Assembly: GCA_051439425.1 (NCBI GenBank)
Contig: JBFRWD010000178.1
Coordinates: 37,931-101,930, forward strand
From: Synechococcus sp.
Lineage (GTDB): Bacteria > Cyanobacteriota > Cyanobacteriia > Thermostichales > PCC-7336
Direction of reading: 5' to 3'
DNA length: 64,000 nt
The position numbers and the translations under genes are program-made. The notes beneath the pieces were generated by a model, which saw only the letters and a list, made by a program, of their open reading frames with translations, did no database searches and was not told the origin of the DNA. Positions 62,232-64,000 of this stretch are shown here, one piece after another. Position 1 is the stretch's first letter. Each line of letters begins with the position of its first letter.

Positions 62232-62933
62232 ATGGTTCGCCGTCGCCGACAAACCCACTACCAAGTGCTTGATGTGCCTAGCAATGCCTCACCGGCCCAG
62301 ATTAAGAGTGCCTATCGTAAGTTGGTGAAGCAGCATCACCCCGATGCACAAGCTAGCCCGTTGGATGTTGTGGCGGGCGCGGAGAAAATTCGCAAAATTA
62401 ATGCGGCATACGAAGTTCTCAAGCACCGTGAGTCTCGCCAAAACTACGATGCTCAACTTCAGAAAGTCCCCGATCGCACCTCGCGTATGCAGTCGGCAGT
62501 GGAAATGCAGCATCAGCCCACTGCCAGCGATGAGGAGTTGGCCCGTCAGGTGTGGCTAAAGCAGGTGTATACCCCACTCAATCGACTATTGGGGGGGATT
62601 TTGCGGTCGCTTAAATCGCAGATTGTGGCGTTATCTGCCGACCCATATGACGACGAGCTGGTGGAGAATTTTGCTACTTACGTGGCTGATTGTCAGACGA
62701 AGTTTGCTAAGGCAGAAAAGCTGTTTCGCAAACGTCCCAATCCCAGTACCCTGGCTGGAGTAGCCTCAAGGCTTTACTACTGCATGAATCAGTTGGGGGA
62801 TGCGCTGGACGAGTTGAAGTATTTCCCACTCAACTTCGACGATCGCCATCTCCACACCGGTCAAGAGCTGTTTCGGATTGCACAAGGTTTGCGCCAGGAA
62901 GCGATGGATACGTTGAGGGCATCTAATCGCTAA
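62232..62933 (+). CDS. J-domain (DnaJ type III) protein
   Basis: HYQVL, IKSAYRKLVKQHHPD, INAAYEVL; cyanobacterial C-terminus LSADPYDDEL...LHTGQELFR. Confidence 0.9.
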   Translation: MVRRRRQTHYQVLDVPSNASPAQIKSAYRKLVKQHHPDAQASPLDVVAGAEKIRKINAAYEVLKHRESRQNYDAQLQKVPDRTSRMQSAVEMQHQPTASDEELARQVWLKQVYTPLNRLLGGILRSLKSQIVALSADPYDDELVENFATYVADCQTKFAKAEKLFRKRPNPSTLAGVASRLYYCMNQLGDALDELKYFPLNFDDRHLHTGQELFRIAQGLRQEAMDTLRASNR

Positions 62934-62969
62934 TCTTTAGTGTCACTGCCGGTGCCACTGCCGACAAAA

Positions 62970-63041
62970 AGCGGGTGATGAGACTCGAACTCACGACATT
63001 CAGCTTGGGAAGCTGACGTTCTACCACTGAACTACACCCGC
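62970..63041 (-). tRNA. trnG: tRNA-Gly (CCC)
   Basis: Reverse complement GCGGGTGTAGTTCAGTGGTAGAACG-TCAGC-TTCCCAA-GCTGA...GTTCGAGTC..CACCCGCT. Confidence 0.97.
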
Positions 63042-63234
63042 ACGGTGCTAGCCGAAAAGCCTCAGTCATAGTACCAGAGACTTTTACTTACCATAGCGGT
63101 CACGATGAGATCGACCGCTATTCTTAACTAACACTTCCGAACCCTTGTAGAGTCATTACTCATCAGCGATTTCTAGCTCACAAGGCCAACCACCGTCAGC
63201 GATCGCCATCACCGAATCGCGTCATACTGGTAGT

Positions 63235-63308
63235 TAAGCTCTATGCAGTCATGCATAAGCCCGAAACAACTATTGCGTTTGTCCTCATGAAGGGCAGGCG
63301 CTTTTTTT
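63235..63308 (+). ncRNA. Candidate small RNA (hairpin - A/C-rich linker - terminator)
   Basis: -10-like CATACT at 63223-63228; hairpin TATGCA-GTCA-TGCATA; 11-bp terminator stem 63275-63301 plus T7. Both neighbours are on the minus strand. Confidence 0.55.
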
Positions 63309-63325
63309 GTTGCCGTTTCAAATCC

Positions 63326-63997
63326 CTAATCCACTGAGTCCTCTTCCTCGCCGTCTTCCGATGAGGCAAACGTGTCCTTCAGGACGGTGCGTGCTGCAAA
63401 ATGCTTGCACGTAGTATCCAAAATTTCTGCCTCGCGGCGCAATCGCTTCTCCGTGTCGGTCAGCTCCAACAGCGCCTGTTGCTCGTCAACCGCCCCCTGC
63501 AAATTCCCCCCAATCCAAAAGGACAGCTCTGCCGGATCGTCGGGTAAATCGTCCGGTAACTCCACATCCTTCCCCGTCAGTTTGGACGACAGGTAGACCA
63601 CGTCGTTCAGCAAATTCTGGACATCGGTGACTAGACGAGCCAAGGGTTGTTCGGTGGATTCATCTTCAATCCATTCCACCAATCCCACGCGATATGGCTT
63701 CTCGCGGGTGTACTCCAACACGCGAAAGCGCCGGGTTCCCAACGTGATGATGTTAAATCGCTCATCCGGTAACTTTTCCGCTCGAATCACCTCCGCACAG
63801 CACCCAACTTTGGCGGCCTCCTCATTGTCTCCATCCCACAGCAGTACCCCAAACTGGCGATCGGTCTCCATCACCGTGTTGAGCATCATGCGGTAGCGAG
63901 GTTCGAAGATATGCAGGGGGAGAGGGCGTGTGGGAAAGAGGACGACGCCGGGTAAGGGAAACAGAGGCAGCTCGCGGACGGCGATGGAGGATGACAT
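63326..63997 (-). CDS. LON peptidase N-terminal substrate-binding domain protein
   Basis: VRELPLFPL..VVLFP..PLPLHIFE.RYRMM, VGCCAE, RFRVL, EQQALLE. Confidence 0.92.
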   Translation of the reverse strand: MSSSIAVRELPLFPLPGVVLFPTRPLPLHIFEPRYRMMLNTVMETDRQFGVLLWDGDNEEAAKVGCCAEVIRAEKLPDERFNIITLGTRRFRVLEYTREKPYRVGLVEWIEDESTEQPLARLVTDVQNLLNDVVYLSSKLTGKDVELPDDLPDDPAELSFWIGGNLQGAVDEQQALLELTDTEKRLRREAEILDTTCKHFAARTVLKDTFASSEDGEEEDSVD

Positions 63998-64000
63998 GTA

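Overview
Core-genome window of a cyanobacterium: abundant HIP1 octamers GCGATCGC, plus psaK, petH, ycf39, opcA, sigF and clpR/clpP3. A short CpcD-less FNR and a short OpcA suggest an early-branching unicellular lineage (inference). It holds about 50 mostly housekeeping genes (glgP, acs, pyrR, cbiD-cobO-cobB, lpxC-fabZ-lpxA-lpxB, glsA, clpC-clpR-clpP, argG, pyrD, trpF, trxA) and three tRNAs (Leu-CAA, Arg-ACG, Gly-CCC). I saw no CRISPR array, integrase or transposase. The items most worth a second look are: (1) an orphan Pycsar-type (DUF5706/PycTM-like) membrane effector next to a TerB gene, inside a nucleotide-turnover neighbourhood with no cyclase; (2) a probable unannotated ~75-nt two-hairpin sRNA between tRNA-Gly and the LON-N gene; (3) a radical SAM/SPASM gene split by a single-base slip in a C-run; (4) a secreted dockerin protein flanked by STRR heptamer arrays; (5) a decayed EcsC-family pseudogene where zwf normally precedes opcA; (6) a coiled-coil protein with a Tyr-rich prion-like tail. 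All calls come from reading the sequence; no searches were run.
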